Shown here in pieces: positions 50,014 through 58,144 of a stretch of DNA of 64,000 nt. Under the pieces are notes generated by a model. It had not been told where the DNA came from and made no database searches. It saw nothing but the letters and a program-made list of their open reading frames with translations. Made by a program: the position numbers and the translations under genes. The DNA comes from Eggerthellaceae bacterium. GTDB taxonomy: Bacteria; Actinomycetota; Coriobacteriia; Coriobacteriales; Eggerthellaceae. The stretch covers positions 183-64,182 of the forward strand of contig WRIR01000012.1 of the NCBI GenBank assembly GCA_009782605.1. The letters run 5' to 3'. Each line of letters opens with the position of its first letter. Position 1 is the first letter of the stretch.

Positions 50014-50203
50014 TGTACAAATAAAGACGCCGCCCTAAAATCGAGCGATATTGTTCTCAAAGATGATACAATTCTTGCTAAAGTTCCATGGAATGAGTTT
50101 TATTGAAATCATCTGCTTTTTGGAAAAGCCATAAAGAACCCACGCTTATCTCCCGTTGGTTATCTAAATACATGTAATTACTAAAAGATAAGAAATCTGG
50201 AAA

Positions 50204-50293
50204 ATGTTTAAAAATAATGAACCTGACTTTGATATTGAAGCAATTGCCGAATTGCTCAATACTCGACTAGGGGGTTTGATAAGAAAGGCTTGA
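50204..50293 (+). CDS. 29-codon ORFlet abutting the next gene (possible gene remnant)
   Basis: MFKNNEPDFDIEAIAELLNTRLGGLIRKA*. Its TGA (50291-50293) is immediately followed by the ATG ATG of ORF 50294. No SD is seen. Confidence 0.15.
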   Translation: MFKNNEPDFDIEAIAELLNTRLGGLIRKA

Positions 50294-52750
50294 ATGATGC
50301 GTGATTTTATACACCAAGGTGAAATCAGCATACGCTACATACTTCGCAAAGCTGCCGCGCCTTCCGATATTCTTGTCGTCACGTTTCCCGGTGCACATGG
50401 ATGGCGGGAAAATGCCATGCCGCATTTGGGGTATGCCTATTTGAACGCCATTGCTTCCTTCAATGTCAACGGACTCTTTCTTAAGGGAGGCATTGAAGAA
50501 GAGGCGAGCACCCTTGGGCGCATGGTCTGTGTTAATCGCGATTTCAAGGTTGAACGTACAGTAGTCGAGCTCATCAACAGAGCAAAAGAGGAAACCGGCA
50601 GTACCCGCGTTATTGCTATTGGTTCAAGTATGGGCGGATGGTGCAGCGCATACTATGGGCTGAAGTATGGGTATGATGTTATCTCGGGTTCACCAGCGTA
50701 TGAGTTCAAAAGCGATCAAAGCGTGGAATTCGTTGCAGGGGGCACCAGTGAGGAAGATTATGGGTTTTGTAACTCCCTTATGCCCAATGTCATAAAGAAT
50801 GCGGGAGCGGACGGCTACGACAAGTTTTTTTTCATCTCGTGGGGAGAGGGCGAGGGGAACTGGGTACGAAAGGAGCATGGCCCCCAATTTCTTGCAGCTT
50901 TAGATGAGGCGAGCATTAAATACAAGCATAAGCTGCATAGCTTCTCTTCTCACTGGGCTGTTCATTGGTTATTTCCAGATGTCTTAACTCGACAGCTTTC
51001 AGCCGCACTTGGACTACCGGTAAGCGAAGAACAAGAGGCGTTAACGGATTTACAAAAAGCAAGCACAGAGATTAAAAAAATGAAAGAAACCCTCAAAGCG
51101 GAAATTGACGCTCTTGATGGGTCCGCGCCGAACTACAGCAATGCTTACATTGTAGGCTATGGCAGTAATAGCCGCGACATACAGCTCCGTACCTTCGTTT
51201 ATGGAGCGCAGGGATATCATTGGTGGCGAAGAGGGGAGGGGCAAGAGAAAGCCTACAATATTGGTCCTCTTGACGTATTCTGGGGATCAGCCACCGTCAT
51301 AAACGAGGACTATGCTACATCTTTTTGGTTTCATCAGACACTGCTTAATTTCTATAAAACCGAAGGAAACCAAGATGCGTGGGAGCTGCTCGATAAAAGT
51401 ACACGCCAGTTTTTCTACCAAGTTGATGCGGTTGCGAAAGTGGCGAAGACATATAACAGTTGGTGGACGGCAGTACGCCGGATGCATTTCTTCCTTGATT
51501 GGGCGAATGTGCTTGATGGCCATAACGTGCCGGACGGCATTACTGCCCAAGTAACCGATACGCTCAATATCCTCCTCGATATACAGCTGGCCATAAACTT
51601 CAATGCGACGAATCAATATCGTGTCCTTCTTGCCTTGACTCATGCAACACAGTATTTCCGGAACAGTGCAGCTTTTTTTGAAAAAGCATCCATGGCGGAG
51701 CTTCATGGTTTTGCGGCATTGAATAGCTATTACTTTGACAAGAATGGGATATGTGTGTTTCAGCAAGTGCGTGCCCAACACGCACTGCGCACACAGGTTA
51801 ACGTGCTTATCGAGTTCATAGTCGGGAATGAGTTTTCTCATGACCCAATAATGAAGAAAATCAAACGGCATGCAGAGAAAATTGAAAACGCGACCAGGCA
51901 CCTCATACGTCCCAACGGGCAAATACCGAATCTTGGACATACTGTCGGGGGGAAAACCAAGCTGGCACGTTCAGGTGGAAACCTCATCTTGCCGACATCC
52001 AATCTGGCAATACTCGATGAAGAGGGAACATACATCACCATCAACAGCGGCAACCCGTGCCATTCGGCGTACAAGCATTGCGACTTGCTCTCGTTCACGT
52101 TCTTCTATGATGGGCGCCTGCTTGTTGCAGATGCGGGCGGCGGTGTCGGCGCACTTGCGGATTTTTCGTGCTCCGCGATAGCGCACTCAGCGTTGATCTG
52201 CGACGACAGCGATTACGTCATTCCTGAGTACAGCGATTTCACCACAATCGATGCGGTTTCAGAACATGAGGACTATGTCTTGCTCGGGATGTCGCACCGG
52301 CTGTATCCGGATGTGGAGCTGCGCCGTGCCTTTTTGTGGCTCAAGCCGAATATCGTGATCCTGCTTGACTCTGCCGAGTCCGGCACAGAACATGCCTACG
52401 TGCAGAACTTCTTGCTCGAAAAGGATGCCCAGCAATTCCTGTCGATCACGCAACAGGGCAACAGCTGCGACCTCGAAACCTTCACTGGCACAACGGATGC
52501 CGACGATTACGAGCACCTGCGCGGCTCGATTATCTCCAACCTTAAGAAGCCTGCGCGGGCCATGAACCTTGCATACACGCAGAAGGGCACGTCGGCAAGC
52601 TATGTGACCGTGCTTGAGGCCCACAGCGGCAAAGAGGGTGAGATCGCCATCAAGTCTGTGCAGGTTGACGGTGGAAATGTTAAGATAACGCCCGTCAAGG
52701 GCAGCACAAAAGTAATCCCCCTTGATGTCGAGGCGGGTCAGTTGATATGA
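50294..52750 (+). CDS. alpha/beta-hydrolase-like N-terminal domain fused to heparinase II/III-like (alpha/alpha toroid + beta-sandwich) domain
   Basis: N-terminus ILVVTFPGAHGW...VIAIGSSMGGWCSAYYGLKYG (GxSxG nucleophile elbow, reminiscent of Asp2). C-terminus HSAYKHCDLLSFTFFYDGRLLVADAGG......AHSALICDD, typical of heparinase II/III family proteins. Confidence 0.6.
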   Translation: MMRDFIHQGEISIRYILRKAAAPSDILVVTFPGAHGWRENAMPHLGYAYLNAIASFNVNGLFLKGGIEEEASTLGRMVCVNRDFKVERTVVELINRAKEETGSTRVIAIGSSMGGWCSAYYGLKYGYDVISGSPAYEFKSDQSVEFVAGGTSEEDYGFCNSLMPNVIKNAGADGYDKFFFISWGEGEGNWVRKEHGPQFLAALDEASIKYKHKLHSFSSHWAVHWLFPDVLTRQLSAALGLPVSEEQEALTDLQKASTEIKKMKETLKAEIDALDGSAPNYSNAYIVGYGSNSRDIQLRTFVYGAQGYHWWRRGEGQEKAYNIGPLDVFWGSATVINEDYATSFWFHQTLLNFYKTEGNQDAWELLDKSTRQFFYQVDAVAKVAKTYNSWWTAVRRMHFFLDWANVLDGHNVPDGITAQVTDTLNILLDIQLAINFNATNQYRVLLALTHATQYFRNSAAFFEKASMAELHGFAALNSYYFDKNGICVFQQVRAQHALRTQVNVLIEFIVGNEFSHDPIMKKIKRHAEKIENATRHLIRPNGQIPNLGHTVGGKTKLARSGGNLILPTSNLAILDEEGTYITINSGNPCHSAYKHCDLLSFTFFYDGRLLVADAGGGVGALADFSCSAIAHSALICDDSDYVIPEYSDFTTIDAVSEHEDYVLLGMSHRLYPDVELRRAFLWLKPNIVILLDSAESGTEHAYVQNFLLEKDAQQFLSITQQGNSCDLETFTGTTDADDYEHLRGSIISNLKKPARAMNLAYTQKGTSASYVTVLEAHSGKEGEIAIKSVQVDGGNVKITPVKGSTKVIPLDVEAGQLI

Positions 52751-52765
52751 AGCGAGGCAAGGTAG

Positions 52766-53584
52766 ATGCTCTACAAGGTCAGTGTTAACCAATCCATCCT
52801 CGATTTGTTGTCCGTTCGGCATGTCTTGATGCTGAGCAGCAGGTATCATCGCGACATCAGCATCAAGATCGGGGATACGGTGGTCTTTGCAGACGACCTT
52901 GAGGTATACCCCTATACCACGTTCATGGCGGGAAATGCGCTCTTCAGCATGGGCTCTTTCAGTTACTCGCGCTCAGAGCTCGGCGGGGACGCGGGCAGGA
53001 ACAACGTGCAGCAGGTCCAGGTCGGGCGCTACTGCTCGATAGCCGACAACGTGCGGGTCTTCCAAGGCAACCACCGCATGGACGCATACACTACCAGCAG
53101 CTTCATTTACGCATTCCCCGGCTTCCGGCACGAGACGTGGCATGTCAGGGAAAGGGCGAAGGAAAAAGGGATCGAAAGGCCGGCTGCCCTCGCATTGGGG
53201 GATGACGATGTTTGCCAGACCGTAAGAATCGGCAACGATGTCTGGATCGGCTCCCATGTGGCATTGAAGCCGGGCATACGCATCGGCGACGGTTCCTGCA
53301 TCGGCACGGGGGCGCTTGTTACCAAGGATGTGCCGCCCTATGCGATAGTTGCAGGCGTGCCCGCCAAGGTTGTCAAGTACCGTTTCGATGACAGCGTGAT
53401 AGAGCAGCTGCTCGCGCTCAGGTGGTGGGACTACGACTTTTTAGACTTCGCCGTGCACCCCGAAGAGCCGATAGACGCTTTTATCAAGGCAGTGAAAGAG
53501 CAGGTAGAGAGCAACAAGATACTGCCGTACAGCTCGGACCCGATACGGGCAAAGGACATACTGGGATTAAGGAGTGGCACATAA
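52766..53584 (+). CDS. hexapeptide-repeat acyltransferase of the xenobiotic acyltransferase (XAT; Vat/CatB-like) class
   Basis: Motifs: GNHRMDAYTTSSF, VRIGNDVWIGSHVALKPGIRIGDGSCIGTGALVTKDVPPYAIVAGVPAKVVKYRF and LLALRWWDY. Confidence 0.8.
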   Translation: MLYKVSVNQSILDLLSVRHVLMLSSRYHRDISIKIGDTVVFADDLEVYPYTTFMAGNALFSMGSFSYSRSELGGDAGRNNVQQVQVGRYCSIADNVRVFQGNHRMDAYTTSSFIYAFPGFRHETWHVRERAKEKGIERPAALALGDDDVCQTVRIGNDVWIGSHVALKPGIRIGDGSCIGTGALVTKDVPPYAIVAGVPAKVVKYRFDDSVIEQLLALRWWDYDFLDFAVHPEEPIDAFIKAVKEQVESNKILPYSSDPIRAKDILGLRSGT

Positions 53585-53817
53585 TGGAACAGCAGTTCAT
53601 TGACCTTCTGAACAAGGTAAACGAAGAGATCTTCGACAACCCCGATGCCGATCTCGTCGAGGATGGCGTTATAGACAGCCTCGACATCATGAACCTCGTT
53701 GCCGGGCTGGAGCAGGTCTTCGGGGTTGACTTCGACCCGGACGACATAATACCGGAGAACTTCGCATCCCCCGAAGCCCTGTGGGGGCTCGTCCAGCGCT
53801 ACCAGGCAGAGAGGTGA
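53584..53817 (+). CDS. D-alanyl-carrier-protein-like (DltC-like) aminoacyl carrier protein
   Basis: 77 aa. The ATG overlaps the preceding TAA (TAATG). The Ser attachment context is EDGVIDSLDIMNLVAGLEQVFGV, and length and layout match DltC. Confidence 0.75.
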   Translation: MEQQFIDLLNKVNEEIFDNPDADLVEDGVIDSLDIMNLVAGLEQVFGVDFDPDDIIPENFASPEALWGLVQRYQAER

Positions 53818-53821
53818 CAGT

Positions 53822-55333
53822 ATGCCGGTGCTGAAGTCCGTGACGCAGTGGCTTGATGCCACGGCAGAGAGGCTGCCCGACAAGGTCGCGTTCGGCGAGG
53901 ACAAGGCAGGGACGTTGACCTTTGCGCAGCTGCGCGGCGCTTCGCGTGCAACGGGCACGTTCTTGGCGAAACGGGGAATAAACAAGCAGCCGGTTCTGGT
54001 TGCCCTGGGTAAGACTCCGCAGTGCGTAGCGGCGATGCTCGGGGCAGCATATGCCAACTGCCCGTATACGCCGCTGGATGTTGACATGCCGCCAGGGCGC
54101 ATCCGCAAGGTTATCGACACCCTGCAACCGGCCGCCTGTATCACGGATGCCAAGCACGAGCAGCTGATGCTTGAAAGTGGGTTGGCGCAGGACAGCATCC
54201 TGCTCTACGAGTGCGTATCGAACACCCCCATAGACGAAGATGCTTTGGCAGACGTCCATGAAAGGCGTATCAGCACAGACTTGCTGTACATCCCTTTCAC
54301 CAGCGGCTCTACGGGTGCGCCGAAAGGCGTTGCGGTAAGCAACGGCAACGTGATCGACTACACGCCCCAGGCTGCCGAGAAGTTCGGCTTTAACGATGAG
54401 ACGGTTTTCGGGCAAAGCGTGCCTTTTGTTTTCGACGGCTCTATACTCTACGTCTACCAGACGCTGCTGAACGGCTGCACGGATTGGATAATCTCGAAAG
54501 TCGACCTGATGTTCGCTGCAAAGACGGTGGACTTCCTTAACAGGCACCGGTGCAACACGGTTTACATGATGCCGACCCTCTACAGCATAATTGCGAAAAG
54601 CGGCATATTGAACAAATCCAAGCCTGAGTATCTGCAAAAGTGCCTATTCGTGGGAGAGGTGATGCCCAATAGCGTGTTGAACATATGGCGGCGAGCATTG
54701 CCGAAGGCGACATTTGCGAACCTGTTCGGGCCCACGGAGGCAACAACCTTTTTATGCTATGTCGTCGACCGCGACTTCACCGACGAAGAGCCTTTGCCTA
54801 TCGGGACGCCGTATGAAAACAACGAAGTCTTGCTATTGGACGAGAACGGCACCGAGACGAAACGCGGCGAGGTGGGCGAGATGTGCGTTAGGGGGGCAAA
54901 AGTGACGCAGGGGTACTACAACGACCCCGAAAGGTCGGCCGCAGTGTTCGTGCAGAACCCCTTGAACAGGGCATACCGCGAGACAATCTACAGGACAGGC
55001 GACTTTGCATACCTCAATGAGCAGGGCGAGTACATGTTCATGGGGCGCAAGGACTTCCAGGTAAAGCTCGCGGGGCACCGTATCGAGCTCGGGGAGGTCG
55101 AAGTTCAGGCAATGGCAATGCCTGGGGTGGAGCTCTGCGCCTGCGTGCTCGATGAGGAGGCACAAAGACTTGTGTTGTTCTATGTCGGAGAGGCCGGGCA
55201 AAAGGAGCTGAGGGACGAACTGAAGCGCAAGCTGCAGGGCTATATGGTTCCCGCGCAGATAACGTCGATCGATGCCATGCCCAGGACAGGCAGCGGCAAG
55301 ATAGACAGGATCGCTTTGAAAGAGGCCCTTTGA
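53822..55333 (+). CDS. DltA-like amino acid--carrier protein ligase (adenylate-forming enzyme)
   Basis: 503 aa. Motifs: LLYIPFTSGSTGAPKGV, FGPTE, YRTGD, GRKDFQVKLAGHRIELGEVE and PRTGSGKIDR. Confidence 0.8.
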   Translation: MPVLKSVTQWLDATAERLPDKVAFGEDKAGTLTFAQLRGASRATGTFLAKRGINKQPVLVALGKTPQCVAAMLGAAYANCPYTPLDVDMPPGRIRKVIDTLQPAACITDAKHEQLMLESGLAQDSILLYECVSNTPIDEDALADVHERRISTDLLYIPFTSGSTGAPKGVAVSNGNVIDYTPQAAEKFGFNDETVFGQSVPFVFDGSILYVYQTLLNGCTDWIISKVDLMFAAKTVDFLNRHRCNTVYMMPTLYSIIAKSGILNKSKPEYLQKCLFVGEVMPNSVLNIWRRALPKATFANLFGPTEATTFLCYVVDRDFTDEEPLPIGTPYENNEVLLLDENGTETKRGEVGEMCVRGAKVTQGYYNDPERSAAVFVQNPLNRAYRETIYRTGDFAYLNEQGEYMFMGRKDFQVKLAGHRIELGEVEVQAMAMPGVELCACVLDEEAQRLVLFYVGEAGQKELRDELKRKLQGYMVPAQITSIDAMPRTGSGKIDRIALKEAL

Positions 55334-55557
55334 CCCCAAAAAACAAGAAGAAGCACACCTGACGCAAAGGGCAGGGTCTCTGGAGTGCTGGGCACAATAA
55401 TTAGTAGTGCCGAGTGCAGAAAAATACAAAACGTGGTCAAATGCACGTGGTCGAATATGGTCAGGGTTCCCTGTTGTGCTAACATGGCTGTTGGACGCAA
55501 TGACAAAGGCCGGGCGCAGGCCAAAGAGGCGAAAAGACGACGGAAGCGACAAAGACC

Positions 55558-56772
55558 ATGACCATACCCCTTGAAGAACAGCTGCATATCATCAAGTCCG
55601 GGACGACGCAGATAGTCCCCGAGGGCTCCTTGTTGGACAAGCTGAGGCGTGGGGCGCCCCTGAACGTGAAGCTCGGCGTCGACCCGACCGCGCCCGACAT
55701 CCATGTGGGACACGCGGTGCCGCTGCGTAAGCTGCGTGCGTTCCAAGACCTCGGCCACCACGTCACCCTCATCATCGGGGACGGCACGGCGCTCATCGGG
55801 GATCCCTCGGGGCGCAGCTCGACCCGCCCGCAGCTTTCCCCAAGCGAGATCAAGGCAAACGCCCAAACCTACGTGGACCAGGCCTTCAAGATACTCGACA
55901 GGGAAAAGACCACCTTGAGGCACAACTCAGAATGGCTCTTGGCCTTGACGCTTGAGGATCTGTTGAAGATCACCGCGAACTTCACGGTCGCCCGCACCCT
56001 TGAGCGCGACGACTTCCAGAAGCGCTACACCACGAACCAGCCCATCAGCCTGCACGAGTTCTTCTATCCCGTCATGCAGGCCTATGACTCGGTCGTTATC
56101 GGGGCCGATGTCGAGATAGGCGGCACCGACCAGCTCTTCAACCTCCTTGCGGGGCGCGAGCTCATGGAGAAGCTGGGGCACGAGCCGCAGGTCTGCCTCA
56201 CCTTGCCGCTCCTTGAGGGCACCGACGGGGTGCAGAAGATGTCGAAGAGCTACGGCAACTATATCGGGCTCACCGACGAGCCGGCAGACATGTTCGGCAA
56301 GGTCATGTCGATACCCGATGAGATTATGGTGAAGTATTACCGTCTGGCCTCGACGGTCCCGGTCGACGAGATCGACCGGATCGAGGAGGGCCTTGCCGCA
56401 GGGAGCCTGCACCCGAACCTAGTGAAGCGCTCGCTTGCACACAACATCGTCGCGACCTACTACTGTGAAGACGCAGCCCATGCCGCCGAAGAACAGTTCG
56501 ACCTCGTCTTCAAGAAGCACGAGATTCCGGATGTCGTCGACGAGTATGCAGCCGACCTCACCCCCAATGACGAGGGCAGGGTATACCTCGCAAAGATCAT
56601 CGCTGATGCAGGGCTCACCCCCTCGGCCGCCGAAGCCCGCCGCATGATCGACGGGGGAGCCGTGAAGGTCAACGGGCAGGCGCTCGGAGCCAAGGCCTAC
56701 AACGTAGACCCCGGCCTCCTGGAAGGCGCGGTTGTGCAGGTTGGTAAGCGGAAGTTCATCAGGCTCGTCTAA
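55558..56772 (+). CDS. tyrS: tyrosine--tRNA ligase
   Basis: HIGH-type motif PDIHVGHA, KMSKS, and a C-terminal S4 domain (SAAEARRMIDGGAVKVNG). Confidence 0.93.
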   Translation: MTIPLEEQLHIIKSGTTQIVPEGSLLDKLRRGAPLNVKLGVDPTAPDIHVGHAVPLRKLRAFQDLGHHVTLIIGDGTALIGDPSGRSSTRPQLSPSEIKANAQTYVDQAFKILDREKTTLRHNSEWLLALTLEDLLKITANFTVARTLERDDFQKRYTTNQPISLHEFFYPVMQAYDSVVIGADVEIGGTDQLFNLLAGRELMEKLGHEPQVCLTLPLLEGTDGVQKMSKSYGNYIGLTDEPADMFGKVMSIPDEIMVKYYRLASTVPVDEIDRIEEGLAAGSLHPNLVKRSLAHNIVATYYCEDAAHAAEEQFDLVFKKHEIPDVVDEYAADLTPNDEGRVYLAKIIADAGLTPSAAEARRMIDGGAVKVNGQALGAKAYNVDPGLLEGAVVQVGKRKFIRLV

Positions 56773-56813
56773 GCAGGGGCTTCGTCATCCCGGCTTACGG
56801 ACGCTGCTGCAAC

Positions 56814-56835
56814 GCCCGCCGCCCGAGGGGCGGGC
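56814..56835. terminator. GC-rich hairpin between convergent tyrS and FKBP genes
   Basis: gcccgcc (56814-56820) pairs with ggcgggc (56829-56835). No U-tract. Confidence 0.3.
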
Positions 56836-56881
56836 AGCGCCTCTGTGCTCGGAGCCTCGCCCGAAACCCTGTCCGGGGCCG

Positions 56882-57331
56882 TCAGATAAAGGGGACCCCG
56901 TCGCTCTCTTCGGTGAAGTCTACGAGCTCGACATCGACGACAAGGCCTTTTCCGGCCAAAGGGTGGTTCATGTCGAGGATATAGAAATCCTCTTCCTCGG
57001 AGATCACCTTAGCGGGCACCGGTTCCCCCAGGTCGCCTTGGAAGGTGATGGTCTGTCCGACCTCGATGCCGTTATAGAAGGTGGTCTTCCTCACACGGCG
57101 GCGCTTTATCGTGTCATAGTTGCCGTGCGCTTCTTCTGGCGGGACCTTTACGGTGGCTTTCTCGCCCTTCTCAAGGGTCTTCACGGCGCTGTTCATGGCG
57201 GCAATAACCCGGTTCGAGTCAACGGTAAACCTGAACGGCTGCTTCTTCCCATAACTTGATTCGAGCTCTTCGCCGTCATCGGTACAGACGCGATGGAGGA
57301 CATAGACGGTATCGCCGGACTTCGGTTTCAT
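56882..57331 (-). CDS. FKBP-type peptidyl-prolyl cis-trans isomerase (SlyD-like, second copy)
   Basis: GAGGAG lies 7 nt before ATG 57331. Motifs: GDTVYVLHRVCTDDGEELESS and ILDMNHPLAGKGLVVDVELV. Confidence 0.8.
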   Translation of the reverse strand: MKPKSGDTVYVLHRVCTDDGEELESSYGKKQPFRFTVDSNRVIAAMNSAVKTLEKGEKATVKVPPEEAHGNYDTIKRRRVRKTTFYNGIEVGQTITFQGDLGEPVPAKVISEEEDFYILDMNHPLAGKGLVVDVELVDFTEESDGVPFI

Positions 57332-57407
57332 GATCGGGCTCCTCAACGGATAGACGTGGATAGAAAAAGGTGCCTACGGCATAGGGGCGCAGGCGAAAAT
57401 CGGTCGG

Positions 57408-57617
57408 CTACTCTTCGAGGATCATCGGCTTCATGCCGCCCCCGCCGTGCGAGGAACAGGCGCCGCCGCCGATCTCGGGGGGCTTCTCAAAGACCTCGAA
57501 AACCCTGCTTGACTCATCTTTACAGTGAGGGCAGGCTTCTTTGTCAAGATGGCCCAAGGGCCGGTCGACCTCGAAGGTCACATCGCATGCGTTGCAGTGG
57601 TATGAATAAAGAGGCAC
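57408..57617 (-). CDS. FmdB-family zinc-ribbon protein
   Basis: MPLYSYHCNACDVTFEV...CPHC, followed by a Gly-rich tail. Confidence 0.8.
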   Translation of the reverse strand: MPLYSYHCNACDVTFEVDRPLGHLDKEACPHCKDESSRVFEVFEKPPEIGGGACSSHGGGGMKPMILEE

Positions 57618-57696
57618 AGCAGACTCCTTTCACAAGAACAATCCGACTTCTTTGTTTATTTGGTTGTGGGTCTATTATAGCGCGGTTTGGTGCTGT

Positions 57697-57724
57697 GGGG
57701 GGCGGGGCTTTTGAAGCCCCGCCC
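57697..57724. terminator. GC-rich hairpin downstream of the ferredoxin gene
   Basis: ggggggcggggc (57697-57708), loop ttttgaa, then gccccgccc (57716-57724). On the minus strand a TATAAT box for the FmdB gene follows. Confidence 0.45.
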
Positions 57725-57743
57725 TTTAAACCAGGTGTTGCAA

Positions 57744-58094
57744 TCAATCGATAGGCATGTACAGCGTCTGCTTGCCCGGGCGGGACTCCATCAGCTTGGC
57801 CAGTTCTTCAACTGTGCCGTAGTCGATGCAGTCTCCAAGGCAGTGATGTGCGCACATGGGCTTATAGCCCTTCTCTACTTCGTCAACGCACATATCGCAA
57901 AGCTCGGTGGGAACAGGAAGGTAGATCCACTCGAACTTGTCAGGTGTACCTTGCTCGATGATGAAGGGGCCGACCTCAATGAGCTTTATGCCCCACTTTC
58001 CAACAGGCAGGTCCAGGTGGTTTTTACAAGCAACCTCGCAACTGTGACATCCCGTGCAGTACTTGTAATCAATCAACAAGCCTTTCTTTGACAT
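57744..58094 (-). CDS. small 4Fe-4S dicluster ferredoxin-type subunit
   Basis: AAGAGGTG precedes ATG 58094. The Cys patterns are CTGCHSCEVAC and CDMC...C...C...C. It lies 50 nt downstream of the molybdoenzyme gene. Confidence 0.8.
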   Translation of the reverse strand: MSKKGLLIDYKYCTGCHSCEVACKNHLDLPVGKWGIKLIEVGPFIIEQGTPDKFEWIYLPVPTELCDMCVDEVEKGYKPMCAHHCLGDCIDYGTVEELAKLMESRPGKQTLYMPID

Positions 58095-58144
58095 CGGTTT
58101 CACCTCTTTCAAGGGTGTAGTGTTTACAGTAAAAATGCAAGGTG

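Noticed and set aside
53687-54637. 316-aa ORF antisense to the DltA-like gene
   Set aside because: The sense frame carries the AMP-binding motifs, and the antisense product is featureless.
55334-55557. Possible T-box leader upstream of tyrS; also direct repeats ACGTGGTC at 55431-55438 and 55445-55452
   Set aside because: I could not find the conserved T-box sequence (AA..GGGTGG.ACC.CG) or a specifier/antiterminator layout. The 8-mer repeat may be an operator, but it is too short to call.
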